Made by a program: the position numbers and the translations under genes. Below the pieces are notes generated by a model that ran no database searches, was not told the DNA's origin, and was given only the letters and a program-made list of their open reading frames with translations. This document shows, in pieces, positions 8,307-16,792 of a DNA stretch of 33,861 nt. The DNA lies in the IMG/VR virus record IMGVR_UViG_3300038674_000868, positions 1 to 33,861 of that record, one strand, 5' to 3'. Source of the stretch: a virus. Lineage: Duplodnaviria > Caudoviricetes. Position 1 is the first letter of the stretch. Each line of letters starts with the position of its first letter.

Positions 8307-10217
8307 TTATGCGATACCCTTCATTTTCACCGCAGCGCGGTAATCCTGTTCCTTGACGCCAAAGTCGATGTAGCCGCGGAACTGAATCCCCAGGGTATTG
8401 AAGTCGGCATCGGCCTGTTCAACGGTGGGGTTTTCATTGCCGTTAAGGAATGCCACTTCAAAGGCCGCCAGCCGTGCCGGGTCTGCAAACAGATACCAGG
8501 CCGTGGTGCTGTAGCCGGTAATGGTTGCATTGGAAAGCCACGAACTGGACACCACCTCATACTTACCCGCATGGGGATTGTCCTGCGGCTTGGGTGAACC
8601 GGCCGTGGCCGCTTCGTTGAGCTTGACACTGGTCATCAGTAAGTTGGCCGTGACCTTCAGGGCATTGGGCACCAGCAGATACCGGGGCAGAATCCCCAGC
8701 GGTTTGCCGTTGGGTTTGGTCTGATTTAAGAACAGCAGTTCTGCTGCGGTGAGGGAATCGACCGACAGCGCCGTGTTTGCCCCGGCGGCATAGTTGTTAT
8801 TGCCTGCCGAAAAGAAGTTGCCGGGATTGGATAAAATCAATGTCCAAATCGCATCGGAAATCGCATCGGCAGCGCCGATGCCCAGCATCGTCGGAATCTG
8901 AGCGAATGCACCCAGGTCGTCATTGATGATGGTCTGACGGTTGAGACTGAACATGATGCCGCTGGTGTCGGCCTTATTGGTAAAGACCTGTTCACCGAGT
9001 TTGCCGTGTTTGAGTTCACCATCGGCTCCGACCTTCTGGAAAATCAGATTGTCGGTCAGGCGGAAGCGGCTGTGGGTCTTAAAATCATTGACACTGGCAA
9101 TCTTAACCACCTGGCGCCAGGAATTCTCCTGGTTAAGATACGCTTCCAGCAGCATCTTGTTGGCGATATTGCTCAGGATATTCGGCAGACTTACTGTACT
9201 GAAGGCCGCACGAATAAACCCGTTGGGATCACCCATAATCTGCGGCAGCTCCCGACCTTCCGCACGGGCGATAAGCCGGAACAAATCGTGAATACCGATG
9301 CTGCGGTATTTTTCTGCCTGGTTAGTAGCCTGTTCGCCGTAGGCTTTCAGGACGGTCTGTTCAGGCATCTTGGCCGACAGACACGCCGCGGCCTCAATCA
9401 TCCTGGCATCCAGACGCACTTCGGTATGGACCGCAGGGGCTTTAGCCAGATTGGCCTCCAGAACCGCAAGCTTAGTTTTATCCACATTCCAGCCCTCGGC
9501 AACAGCCCTGACTTCGATGTCGGCATTCCCGGCAGCCGCCTTGCGGACGTCAGCAATGCGATTTAGTTCCGCCGCGGCCTTGGCGCGGATTTCAGCGGTA
9601 ATATCCGGAACTTCAACAGCAGTGGTGGCTGCTACGTCCTGGGTTGATTCAACTTTATCTTTAGGCATGTCGAGTATCTCCTGTAAAAGGTGTTTATTGG
9701 CTGCAATCTGAGCCGAGGTTTGGTCATCGGCCCCTAACATGACAAAACTGATTTCCCCCAGGGTGGCCTTGCGGATAATCGTCACAGGCCCCGTAATCTG
9801 GCGGCCGTTGACTTTAGCGGTCTGGTCCTCGGTTAAGCGTTCAGATTTTTCAGCCCGGGCGCCGATACTGGCCTGCCATTTGAAGCCCTTGTCGGCCAGC
9901 GTTAAAATTTGTTTGACGCGGTCGGATTCACCCAGAATATCTCCTGTGGCCAGCAACTGACCATCATTAACTTTGATAGAATTGGTCTGACCGACCAGAC
10001 TGTCCAAGTCTTGCTCATGCCCAAAGAAAATCGGCTTGGCCTGGGCACTGATTTTTAGACCATTGAGGTCAACGACCACCGGGTCGTACCAACCCGCCAC
10101 ACGCATCGGGCCACCCGTATAGGCGACCATATTGAATGTGCGGTTCTTGGCTTCGGGCTTTGCCGCCTCAATAGATAACTGCATCTCTTGACAGGTAAAA
10201 TTAATCTTGGACATCAT
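8307..10217 (-). CDS. Prohead protease / major capsid protein fusion (Mu gpT-like capsid domain)
   Basis: N-terminal AYTGG, GH, WQASIGA, EISFV.LGAD protease motifs; scaffold-like linker; capsid motifs RQTIINDDLGAF, AWYLFADP, FEVAFLNG. Confidence 0.92.
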   Translation of the reverse strand: MMSKINFTCQEMQLSIEAAKPEAKNRTFNMVAYTGGPMRVAGWYDPVVVDLNGLKISAQAKPIFFGHEQDLDSLVGQTNSIKVNDGQLLATGDILGESDRVKQILTLADKGFKWQASIGARAEKSERLTEDQTAKVNGRQITGPVTIIRKATLGEISFVMLGADDQTSAQIAANKHLLQEILDMPKDKVESTQDVAATTAVEVPDITAEIRAKAAAELNRIADVRKAAAGNADIEVRAVAEGWNVDKTKLAVLEANLAKAPAVHTEVRLDARMIEAAACLSAKMPEQTVLKAYGEQATNQAEKYRSIGIHDLFRLIARAEGRELPQIMGDPNGFIRAAFSTVSLPNILSNIANKMLLEAYLNQENSWRQVVKIASVNDFKTHSRFRLTDNLIFQKVGADGELKHGKLGEQVFTNKADTSGIMFSLNRQTIINDDLGAFAQIPTMLGIGAADAISDAIWTLILSNPGNFFSAGNNNYAAGANTALSVDSLTAAELLFLNQTKPNGKPLGILPRYLLVPNALKVTANLLMTSVKLNEAATAGSPKPQDNPHAGKYEVVSSSWLSNATITGYSTTAWYLFADPARLAAFEVAFLNGNENPTVEQADADFNTLGIQFRGYIDFGVKEQDYRAAVKMKGIA

Positions 10218-11649
10218 CGTCCTCCTTCGTTTTTGTTTTGCTGGTATTGGGTGCTGCTTCCTGGGGCGTCAGACCTTTTTGCTTACAGTAGGCGACTTCT
10301 ATCGCCCGCTGGTCTAATTCCTGTCGCCAGTCCTTGCCTTGTTTGGCATACTCTTCTGCCAGCGTGGTGGTATTACTGCGCAGGCGTGTCTCCTGGGCAC
10401 TGGATTCTTTGGCCGGGTCGACGTGTTCGCGGCCATCCCAGAACCACTTGTGAGGGTAGGATTGAATGGAACGAATAGACAACGGCAGCGGAGAACCGGC
10501 CAGAATAGCCATATCCAGCCACTGCATCAAAATCGGGTCAAGTATCGTCAGTTCAATGTCACTTCTATCGACATCGATGGTTTTACCGTACATCTGGTAA
10601 TCGAGGCGACCGCTGGCATAGTTGTATTGGGAACTATTGCCGATAGCCACACCCAAGGGAAGATTCATGCAGCGGGCAATCTCATTTAAGATCGAGCGTA
10701 CGAACTCCGCATAGGTGGTGATGGGCTGATTGGCTTCGATTTGGCCGAGTTTCCAGCCCTCCGGCAGCGTGGTAGCCATGCGTTTTTCCAGTTCCACCAC
10801 ATCCAAGGGAGCGATATTAGCCGATTCTGCGTTGGCCGGTGCGTCGGTATAAAGCACCGCTGCAAAATCCGCGGCGGTTTCTGCGGCCGCAATGACCGCT
10901 AAGGTATATCTGCGAAGCTGTGCAAACAGCGGCAGTGCCGGGGTAATCTCCGGAATCCCGCGATTTTGACCGGCCCGGTCCACGCGGTACAGATGCATGA
11001 CATTTTGTGCGGCAACGATGTCGCATCCGGCATTATAAAATTGACTGGCCGAGTACGGATGTTGCTTGAGGATATAGTACAAACTCCGGTTGCCGTAGGC
11101 ATCAAACTCAATCCCATCGGCTTGGTTGGGCGAGGTGATGGAAAGTTTATCCCAGGGGGTTGTCACCTGCTCTGCCTCAACGAGTTTGAGGTCCAGTTTG
11201 ATGGGGCTACGAAGCATGGGATTGTAGGTCTTGATGCAAAAGGTCTCACCATCGACCACACGTGCCATGCGGGCCGTTCTCAACTTAGCCGCAAGTGAAA
11301 TCTCGTCAGCCCAGTCTTTGAACATCTGCTCGATAACTTTATTGACCGCATCATCGGGTAAAAGCATCTGCAGCCGGGGACCGGTTCCAATACAATCATT
11401 GGCCAAGGTCAAAACCATGCCCTTGGCGTAACTGTTATTGGCGACCTCATAGCGGGCACGGTTGCGAAGGGTCGCACGCACCTGCGGACTTGCCGCAAGG
11501 TCCGGACTAAAAGGGTCTGCCATCGCCCAGTGCTTGGCGTTGTCGGTGGAGTTTTGGGCGGCATCGAAGCGTGCGCGGATGCCAAACCGCTGCGGCTTGG
11601 TATCCGAGAGGGTCGTTGCTTGAGATTTTTTCTTGCCAAAACCAAACAT
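10201..11649 (-). CDS. Portal protein, lambda family
   Basis: LRNRARYEVANN, DGE.F, GIEFDAYG, GQ.RGIP, NYASGRLD, VDPAKE motifs. Confidence 0.93.
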   Translation of the reverse strand: MFGFGKKKSQATTLSDTKPQRFGIRARFDAAQNSTDNAKHWAMADPFSPDLAASPQVRATLRNRARYEVANNSYAKGMVLTLANDCIGTGPRLQMLLPDDAVNKVIEQMFKDWADEISLAAKLRTARMARVVDGETFCIKTYNPMLRSPIKLDLKLVEAEQVTTPWDKLSITSPNQADGIEFDAYGNRSLYYILKQHPYSASQFYNAGCDIVAAQNVMHLYRVDRAGQNRGIPEITPALPLFAQLRRYTLAVIAAAETAADFAAVLYTDAPANAESANIAPLDVVELEKRMATTLPEGWKLGQIEANQPITTYAEFVRSILNEIARCMNLPLGVAIGNSSQYNYASGRLDYQMYGKTIDVDRSDIELTILDPILMQWLDMAILAGSPLPLSIRSIQSYPHKWFWDGREHVDPAKESSAQETRLRSNTTTLAEEYAKQGKDWRQELDQRAIEVAYCKQKGLTPQEAAPNTSKTKTKEDDDVQD

Positions 11650-11846
11650 TACACGCTTCCTGGGGCACTGAGTTTTGTAAATTTAATCCCTAAACCGACA
11701 GATTTAACGGCCTGCTGGGATTTCAAATACTTATCTGCCGCAATCTGGTCAGGCAGCGGATGCTGCTCCACCGAACCGGCATCACCGGTCACCTTTGCAG
11801 GGCTTTGTGCGTTTTCTTTAATTGTGTCTTCTAATTCTTCTGACAT
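11649..11846 (-). CDS. Head-completion protein, gpW position (65 aa)
   Basis: Small ORF with GAGG RBS immediately before the portal, 1-nt overlap. Confidence 0.75.
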   Translation of the reverse strand: MSEELEDTIKENAQSPAKVTGDAGSVEQHPLPDQIAADKYLKSQQAVKSVGLGIKFTKLSAPGSV

Positions 11847-11853
11847 CGCGTCC

Positions 11854-11895
11854 CTCTATAGGTTATTTATTAGCAGGAGCGCCCAAACCGTTCCG
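11854..11895 (-). promoter_or_regulatory. Putative phage-sigma promoter of the head/tail operon
   Basis: CGGAAC-N15-GCTAATAAATAACCTATAGAG; 11854-11875 is identical to 25628-25649. Confidence 0.75.
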
Positions 11896-11985
11896 CGATT
11901 TGAGGAAGAAAACGAAGATTGTTCCAGATATGTAATTTCCTGCCTTCGGCGCGGCAATGGTTTATCGAATGCAGCGACCAGGGAA

Positions 11986-12039
11986 CCGTTCGTCGCGGCT
12001 ATGTCCAGTTACGTAACCCTGTTCGTTCTCGCAGCACAA
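11986..12039 (-). repeat. Late-operon junction element, copy B
   Basis: 40/54 identical to 2185-2238. Confidence 0.85.
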
Positions 12040-12221
12040 CCGTGGCCATTGGCCACTTCGCGTGTGTGGATACGCCTGCCGCAATAGCGGCATTGTTTCA
12101 TGCGCAAAATATAACCGGGTTTGTGGCGGGTATAGAGGGTATAGAAATGCCCGCAACCGCAATCACGACAGACAATACTTTGCGGTGCAGGTTGTTTGGT
12201 TTCATAGGGCTTATTTTTCAC
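12009..12221 (-). CDS. Small zinc-ribbon protein (Ogr/Delta- or NrdR-N-like), putative regulator
   Basis: GTG start at 12221 with GGAG RBS; CxxC...R.KQCxxCG.R..T.E pattern. Confidence 0.7.
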   Translation of the reverse strand: MKNKPYETKQPAPQSIVCRDCGCGHFYTLYTRHKPGYILRMKQCRYCGRRIHTREVANGHGCAARTNRVT

Positions 12222-14490
12222 AACGTCTCCTCTGCTGGATTTCAGATAGTTTGAGAGGCACGCGAGACCTGTGCTGTGAATCAGCGGCAAACAGGACCGC
12301 CCCCTGGATAGAGGCCCCCACCGCACAACCGACGATACAGTCAAGCCAGTGGTTATCCGGACTTCCGGCGCGAATCTTCCATTCATCCACAATGCGTCCA
12401 CGCCCTTCGGTGCGGATACAATATTCGGCCGTCAGGTGCTCAGAAAACAGCTGATGCTGCCGCGAAGTCTTGCCAAACAAGGACAAACATCCCGGATCAC
12501 CCATGGCAACCGACAGTCTGGCCTGGATAAACGACTTCCAGTAGTTGGTGTCAATGAGCACGTGACGAATCGCTCTGCGGTTAATCATACAGGGAATTCG
12601 CCAATGGTGCCCCACGCGGTCCCCCCGTTTTTTAACATATTCGCTAAATGGGATGCTGGATGCCCCAACGAATTTCCCATGGCTGGGTAAAAGCACCGCA
12701 GTGTGAGGACTCTGGCGGCAAAATTTATAGACCACGTCGGTGGACTGTCCCCAGTTGGCATCGATTAAACACCGTTCGATGGTTAAATAAGCGCCGTCAT
12801 CCCGTCGCCATTGCCGGGAAAGATGCAAACTGGTCAATCTGTCCAGCCCTTCGTAGATGATTCCTTCCATACCGGAAGCCGATGAGACGCTTGTCAGTGT
12901 GCGGGTGAGATTTCGCAGCGTAAAATACGGCTGTTTCTGGTCGGGCCATGTACCATAATCAACGATATAGCCCGTAAAGTCATCTTCCCATGCCGCGACC
13001 GCATAAAACAGCGCCTTGCCTTGCACATCGATAAACATCGTCAGGTGATTGCATCCGATGGGTATCTGTCCACGGCTCAATCCATTGAATTTCTCGGCAA
13101 TCTGTTCAGCCGTGAGCAGGTCAGCGTCACCCTGCTGTTCCGGAATCGGCTCATTTTGATATTCTGCAAAAAATGCCGCTTCATCCTGGAGTTTAAGATT
13201 CATCGCATGCTGGATGGCAGACAATTCATCCGTATTATGCCGCTGCGGCCATGCAATGACGGCACCTTCATCCATCGCGGCACGATTTTGCCGATAAAAT
13301 TCCGTCGCTTCGCTGCCGTCGCCATCGTTTTTGAAACTTTCACTGCGGAGCTGGGCATATTTAGACCAAAGGGCTTCATGGATTGGGAACGCATACACCA
13401 TTTTTGTGCGTTCCCCCTGCCATTGCGGGTGTTTGTCGCGGTCCAGTATCTGGTCAGCTAAATCTGCAGGACGAATCACCGTACAGGGCATAATCCCGGA
13501 AATCTTCTGTCCTGGTCCAGCCAGATTTAATATCGCGCCATTGAGTGTCTCCATACGTGCTTTGATTTGGATGGGACTGCGAGCTGATTCATCCGTCTGC
13601 GGGTCATCGATAATCACCAGGGATGGGCGGACGCTTCTACCATCGGCACGTTTGTATTTCATGCCGCGGATTCGTCCTTCGATACCCGCCACACGGATAA
13701 TGGCACCGCTGGCGGCCGAATCCTGAATCGTTGGCATGACGATTTCATCACCAACCCAGTTGATTCGGGTTGGTAATCCATGATAGGTCTGGCCTTTAGC
13801 ACGATTGGCAATCCGTTCCAGGCACTGGATGGGATAAATGGCTTCGGGATAGTCCTCCAACAGCAATTCATTGACCTCGCATTCGGTCCGGATACTATCG
13901 AGCATATTGATGGCATGGTCTTTATCCGAACCCACCAGACACACAAAATCTCTGGCGCCGATCAAAATAGCCCACAGGCAAGCGGTTTCGGCCAGGGTAG
14001 TTTTGCCGCTGCCTCGCGGCATGGCCATAGCAAATAGCCCTCCCCGAAGGACGGCCTGCTCGATTTTAGCTATGATTTTCAGGTGGTCATCGGACCAGGC
14101 CAGCCGAAATGTCTGCGGAAAATACGCTTCACAGAAGAATCGAAAATCACGTGAAGCCCGCTCTTTGCGGTCAGGATTGACCACGGCTGGCAGGTCGCCG
14201 ATGTCCCGTCCGGACGCCGACATCTGGGCAAAGCGGGCCCGCTCCCGTTCTTTCCGGGCTTCATAACCCGTCAGTCCGCCAGATTGAACGGCAGAATATC
14301 TCTGATGCCAGTTTTGCAATAACCACGCCGCATACGCCACCACATTAATGGTACGGCCGTCGCTGACTCGCAATCCTGCCTTGATGACATTTCTGCGCAG
14401 TCGGGCCTCACTGGTCACTTCGCCCAATCGCGTGGAGTTCAGCAGCGCAGCCAACTTCGCTGTTTTGATATGTTTTAAATCAATACTCAT
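12211..14490 (-). CDS. Terminase large subunit (GpA-like) with N-terminal HTH extension
   Basis: Walker A MPRGSGKTT, Walker B VIIDD, nuclease FIDVQ / LIDANWG / NHWLDC; upstream of the portal. Confidence 0.92.
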   Translation of the reverse strand: MSIDLKHIKTAKLAALLNSTRLGEVTSEARLRRNVIKAGLRVSDGRTINVVAYAAWLLQNWHQRYSAVQSGGLTGYEARKERERARFAQMSASGRDIGDLPAVVNPDRKERASRDFRFFCEAYFPQTFRLAWSDDHLKIIAKIEQAVLRGGLFAMAMPRGSGKTTLAETACLWAILIGARDFVCLVGSDKDHAINMLDSIRTECEVNELLLEDYPEAIYPIQCLERIANRAKGQTYHGLPTRINWVGDEIVMPTIQDSAASGAIIRVAGIEGRIRGMKYKRADGRSVRPSLVIIDDPQTDESARSPIQIKARMETLNGAILNLAGPGQKISGIMPCTVIRPADLADQILDRDKHPQWQGERTKMVYAFPIHEALWSKYAQLRSESFKNDGDGSEATEFYRQNRAAMDEGAVIAWPQRHNTDELSAIQHAMNLKLQDEAAFFAEYQNEPIPEQQGDADLLTAEQIAEKFNGLSRGQIPIGCNHLTMFIDVQGKALFYAVAAWEDDFTGYIVDYGTWPDQKQPYFTLRNLTRTLTSVSSASGMEGIIYEGLDRLTSLHLSRQWRRDDGAYLTIERCLIDANWGQSTDVVYKFCRQSPHTAVLLPSHGKFVGASSIPFSEYVKKRGDRVGHHWRIPCMINRRAIRHVLIDTNYWKSFIQARLSVAMGDPGCLSLFGKTSRQHQLFSEHLTAEYCIRTEGRGRIVDEWKIRAGSPDNHWLDCIVGCAVGASIQGAVLFAADSQHRSRVPLKLSEIQQRRRCEK

Positions 14491-14699
14491 CGGGCCTCGT
14501 GATATTCATGTTCCAGCCAGGCTATCAACTCTATCAAATTGACATGGCCGCTTGCAGAGACCGGAACTCCCGCATGGATGGCATCCTCTATCATGGATAT
14601 GGACACCTGTTGAGCGCTTACTGCGCTAAGTAATTTGGCAATCTCGGTAGGTGTCATAGAGGATGGGTTCAATTGTAAATTCGCTTTGTCCATAATCAT
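14487..14699 (-). CDS. Small HTH protein, terminase small subunit-like (70 aa)
   Basis: ATGA-coupled to the terminase; similar to the terminase N-terminus. Confidence 0.7.
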   Translation of the reverse strand: MIMDKANLQLNPSSMTPTEIAKLLSAVSAQQVSISMIEDAIHAGVPVSASGHVNLIELIAWLEHEYHEAR

Positions 14700-14810
14700 G
14701 CAGAAATCTCATGAATTATTAAAAATCTTTCAGTTATTAGCTTGATGTTCTTTGGCATTCTTGGCCTGATCCGATCAACACAAACAATCCATTTTGAAAG
14801 GATAAAAAAG

Positions 14811-15059
14811 ATGAAAACAAACGCCGAACAGATGAAAGACGCATACCAGAATGCCAAACTCGACATCGCCAGCCTGCTGGACCGGATTGGACAAGAATTA
14901 GAAAAGAACCCGGAAAGATTGAATTGGGGACACGTCGGGGATTTGACCGGCCTGCGGCAGAACCTGATTGAAGCCCTTTCGGGAATGACCGGCATGGCTG
15001 AACACGCAATTCGGGAAACCTTAGAAGACATCAGAACCGACGCCCAAAACCAGAAATAA
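14811..15059 (+). CDS. Hypothetical protein (82 aa)
   Basis: AAAGGA RBS, ATG 14811; helical, contains NWGHVGDL. Confidence 0.85.
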   Translation: MKTNAEQMKDAYQNAKLDIASLLDRIGQELEKNPERLNWGHVGDLTGLRQNLIEALSGMTGMAEHAIRETLEDIRTDAQNQK

Positions 15060-15319
15060 GAAAGGACACGACCATGAAAACGAAAGCACGAAGTTTTGAT
15101 TGCAAACGCGGATTTGAAGGCATCGACAAACAAGTCACAGAATTGCGGGTCGAAAAGGATTTTGTTGGCGATAGTTATTCCATCTACAAGGTGACGCCGC
15201 CATGCAATTACCAACTTTTCACATTCGACAACGAAAAGACCGCATGGAATGTTGCCCGGGCGCTGGGCGAGAAATTGGGATTGGAAGTCCGCAGCTAAGA
15301 AAGGAGCACGACCATGAAA
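15057..15319 (+). repeat. Duplicated stop-RBS-start unit TAAGAAAGGA(G)CACGACCATGAAA
   Basis: 15057-15079 and 15296-15319 differ only by one inserted G. Confidence 0.9.
15074..15298 (+). CDS. Hypothetical protein (74 aa)
   Basis: Strong AAAGGA RBS, tight spacing. Confidence 0.8.
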   Translation: MKTKARSFDCKRGFEGIDKQVTELRVEKDFVGDSYSIYKVTPPCNYQLFTFDNEKTAWNVARALGEKLGLEVRS

Positions 15320-15544
15320 GCAAAAAAACAACAACATCCGGCACAGGGCGCAATTAACGACATGGAACATTTGCTGATCGGACTGTGCAAACGAGGCGAG
15401 TATTTCAAAGCGGTATATGTTTTTCAGGCGATGGACATGCTGTGCGATAAATTTAAAGATTACGGCCTGGAAATACCCGAAGACGCCGTGGCGATGAATA
15501 TTTTTCTGGATGAGAAACTCAAATGCGACATCCTGTCGCTTTAA
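15314..15544 (+). CDS. Hypothetical protein (76 aa)
   Basis: Strong AAGGAG RBS. Confidence 0.8.
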   Translation: MKAKKQQHPAQGAINDMEHLLIGLCKRGEYFKAVYVFQAMDMLCDKFKDYGLEIPEDAVAMNIFLDEKLKCDILSL

Positions 15545-15571
15545 TAGACCCATTTTGGAAAGGAAACAGGT

Positions 15572-16039
15572 ATGAAAGACACAGAGATTCGAATCGGAAA
15601 CGTCTACGACATCAAGGTCGGCAGGCACACTACCGCCGTCAGGATTATGCGGCTGGCGGAAAAAGAGGGTTGGGAGGCCGTCTCGCTGGCCAGCGGCAAC
15701 CCCGTCGTTATCCGCTCGGCCCAGCGGATTGTAGGACCGCACAATCCTAAACCTCACCGCAAGAAGAAAGAGGAACAGGCACCAACAGATAAAGACACTC
15801 CCCCGGCCAGGGAACGCAAACTGAGCGGTCTGGATGCCGCAGCGCAGGTGCTGGCCGAGGCCAAAACGCCGATGAACTGCATCGATATGGTCAAGGCCAT
15901 ATTTGACAAGGGGCTGTGGAAAAGCGACGGCAATACCCCGGCCGCGACCATTTATTCGGCCATCATCCGGGAAATCAAGGCAAAAGGCAAGGACTCCCGC
16001 TTTCGCAAGACCAATAAAGGATTGTTCGAAATTGCTTAA
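15572..16039 (+). CDS. Winged-helix (HARE-HTH-like) protein with small N-terminal beta domain
   Basis: LSGLDAAAQVL...PM....M......GLW...G.TPAATIYSAIIREI......SRF.K...GLF. Confidence 0.82.
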   Translation: MKDTEIRIGNVYDIKVGRHTTAVRIMRLAEKEGWEAVSLASGNPVVIRSAQRIVGPHNPKPHRKKKEEQAPTDKDTPPARERKLSGLDAAAQVLAEAKTPMNCIDMVKAIFDKGLWKSDGNTPAATIYSAIIREIKAKGKDSRFRKTNKGLFEIA

Positions 16040-16067
16040 TGACAGATGCTTTATATCCACTTTCCAG

Positions 16068-16099
16068 TCCCCACCTGCCCACGGCGGGGATTTTTGTTT
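16068..16099 (+). terminator. Probable intrinsic terminator of the small-gene cassette
   Basis: TCCCCACC-7nt-GGCGGGGA stem (one mismatch) followed by TTTTTGTTT. Confidence 0.65.
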
Positions 16100-16109
16100 A
16101 AAAATGAGC

Positions 16110-16148
16110 TTGACAGAGGGTATTCCATTGTATATACTATGTATATAC
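16110..16148 (+). promoter_or_regulatory. Sigma70 promoter and tandem operator of the TA operon
   Basis: TTGACA(16110)-17nt-TATACT(16133); palindromic GTATATAC at 16130-16137 and 16141-16148. Confidence 0.88.
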
Positions 16149-16168
16149 GAAATACTGGAGACTTGACT

Positions 16169-16396
16169 ATGGTTAAAAATCTCGTCAAACACGGCAATAG
16201 CTACGCATTGGTTATCGACAAACCCATCATGGAGATGCTGCAGATGACTCCCGATACCGAGGTGGAGTTGACTACCAATGGCGATAAACTGGTTATTTCG
16301 CCTCTGCGTCCCAGCAGCCGACAAGCCAAATTGAACCGAATATTGGACAAAGTCAATCGCGATTTTGGTCCCGCTCTCAAGAAACTTGCCGACTAA
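16169..16396 (+). CDS. AbrB/MazE-family antitoxin (75 aa)
   Basis: GGAG RBS, ATG 16169; KHGNSYALVIDKPI motif; upstream of the toxin. Confidence 0.9.
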   Translation: MVKNLVKHGNSYALVIDKPIMEMLQMTPDTEVELTTNGDKLVISPLRPSSRQAKLNRILDKVNRDFGPALKKLAD

Positions 16397-16399
16397 CCG

Positions 16400-16792
16400 A
16401 TGGACATTGTTTTTCTTGACTTCGATAACGTAGCGGCCATTCATGCGGACCAGATTTCCCGGTACGGAGGCAGTGCCGGACTTCGCAATCAGGGACTTCT
16501 CGAATCGGCAGTCATGATGCCCCAGGCATCCTTTGCCGGCCAGTACGCCCACGAAGATTTGTATATGATGGCAGCGGCATATCTGTATCATATCGCAATG
16601 AATCACCCCTTCGTAGACGGCAATAAACGCACCGGCACCGTGTGTGCCATTGTCTTTTTGGAGCTGAATGGAATTCACGTCAAGCCGGATAATGACGCCC
16701 TGGTTGATTTTGTCCTGGCGGTCGCTCAGGGACAAAAAGACAAAAGCCAGATTGCTGCGTTTTTCAAAGAGCACTCTGAACCACTGCCGTAA
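16400..16792 (+). CDS. doc: Death-on-curing (Doc/Fic) toxin
   Basis: HPFVDGNKRTG motif, G.R..GLLESA, 130 aa. Confidence 0.92.
   Translation: MDIVFLDFDNVAAIHADQISRYGGSAGLRNQGLLESAVMMPQASFAGQYAHEDLYMMAAAYLYHIAMNHPFVDGNKRTGTVCAIVFLELNGIHVKPDNDALVDFVLAVAQGQKDKSQIAAFFKEHSEPLP

Noticed and set aside
12222-12401. N-terminal extension of the zinc-ribbon ORF
   Set aside because: Inside the terminase gene; the RBS supports GTG 12221
98-14266. Many 60-190 aa plus-strand ORFs opposite structural genes
   Set aside because: Antisense shadows of well-supported genes, without RBS or motifs
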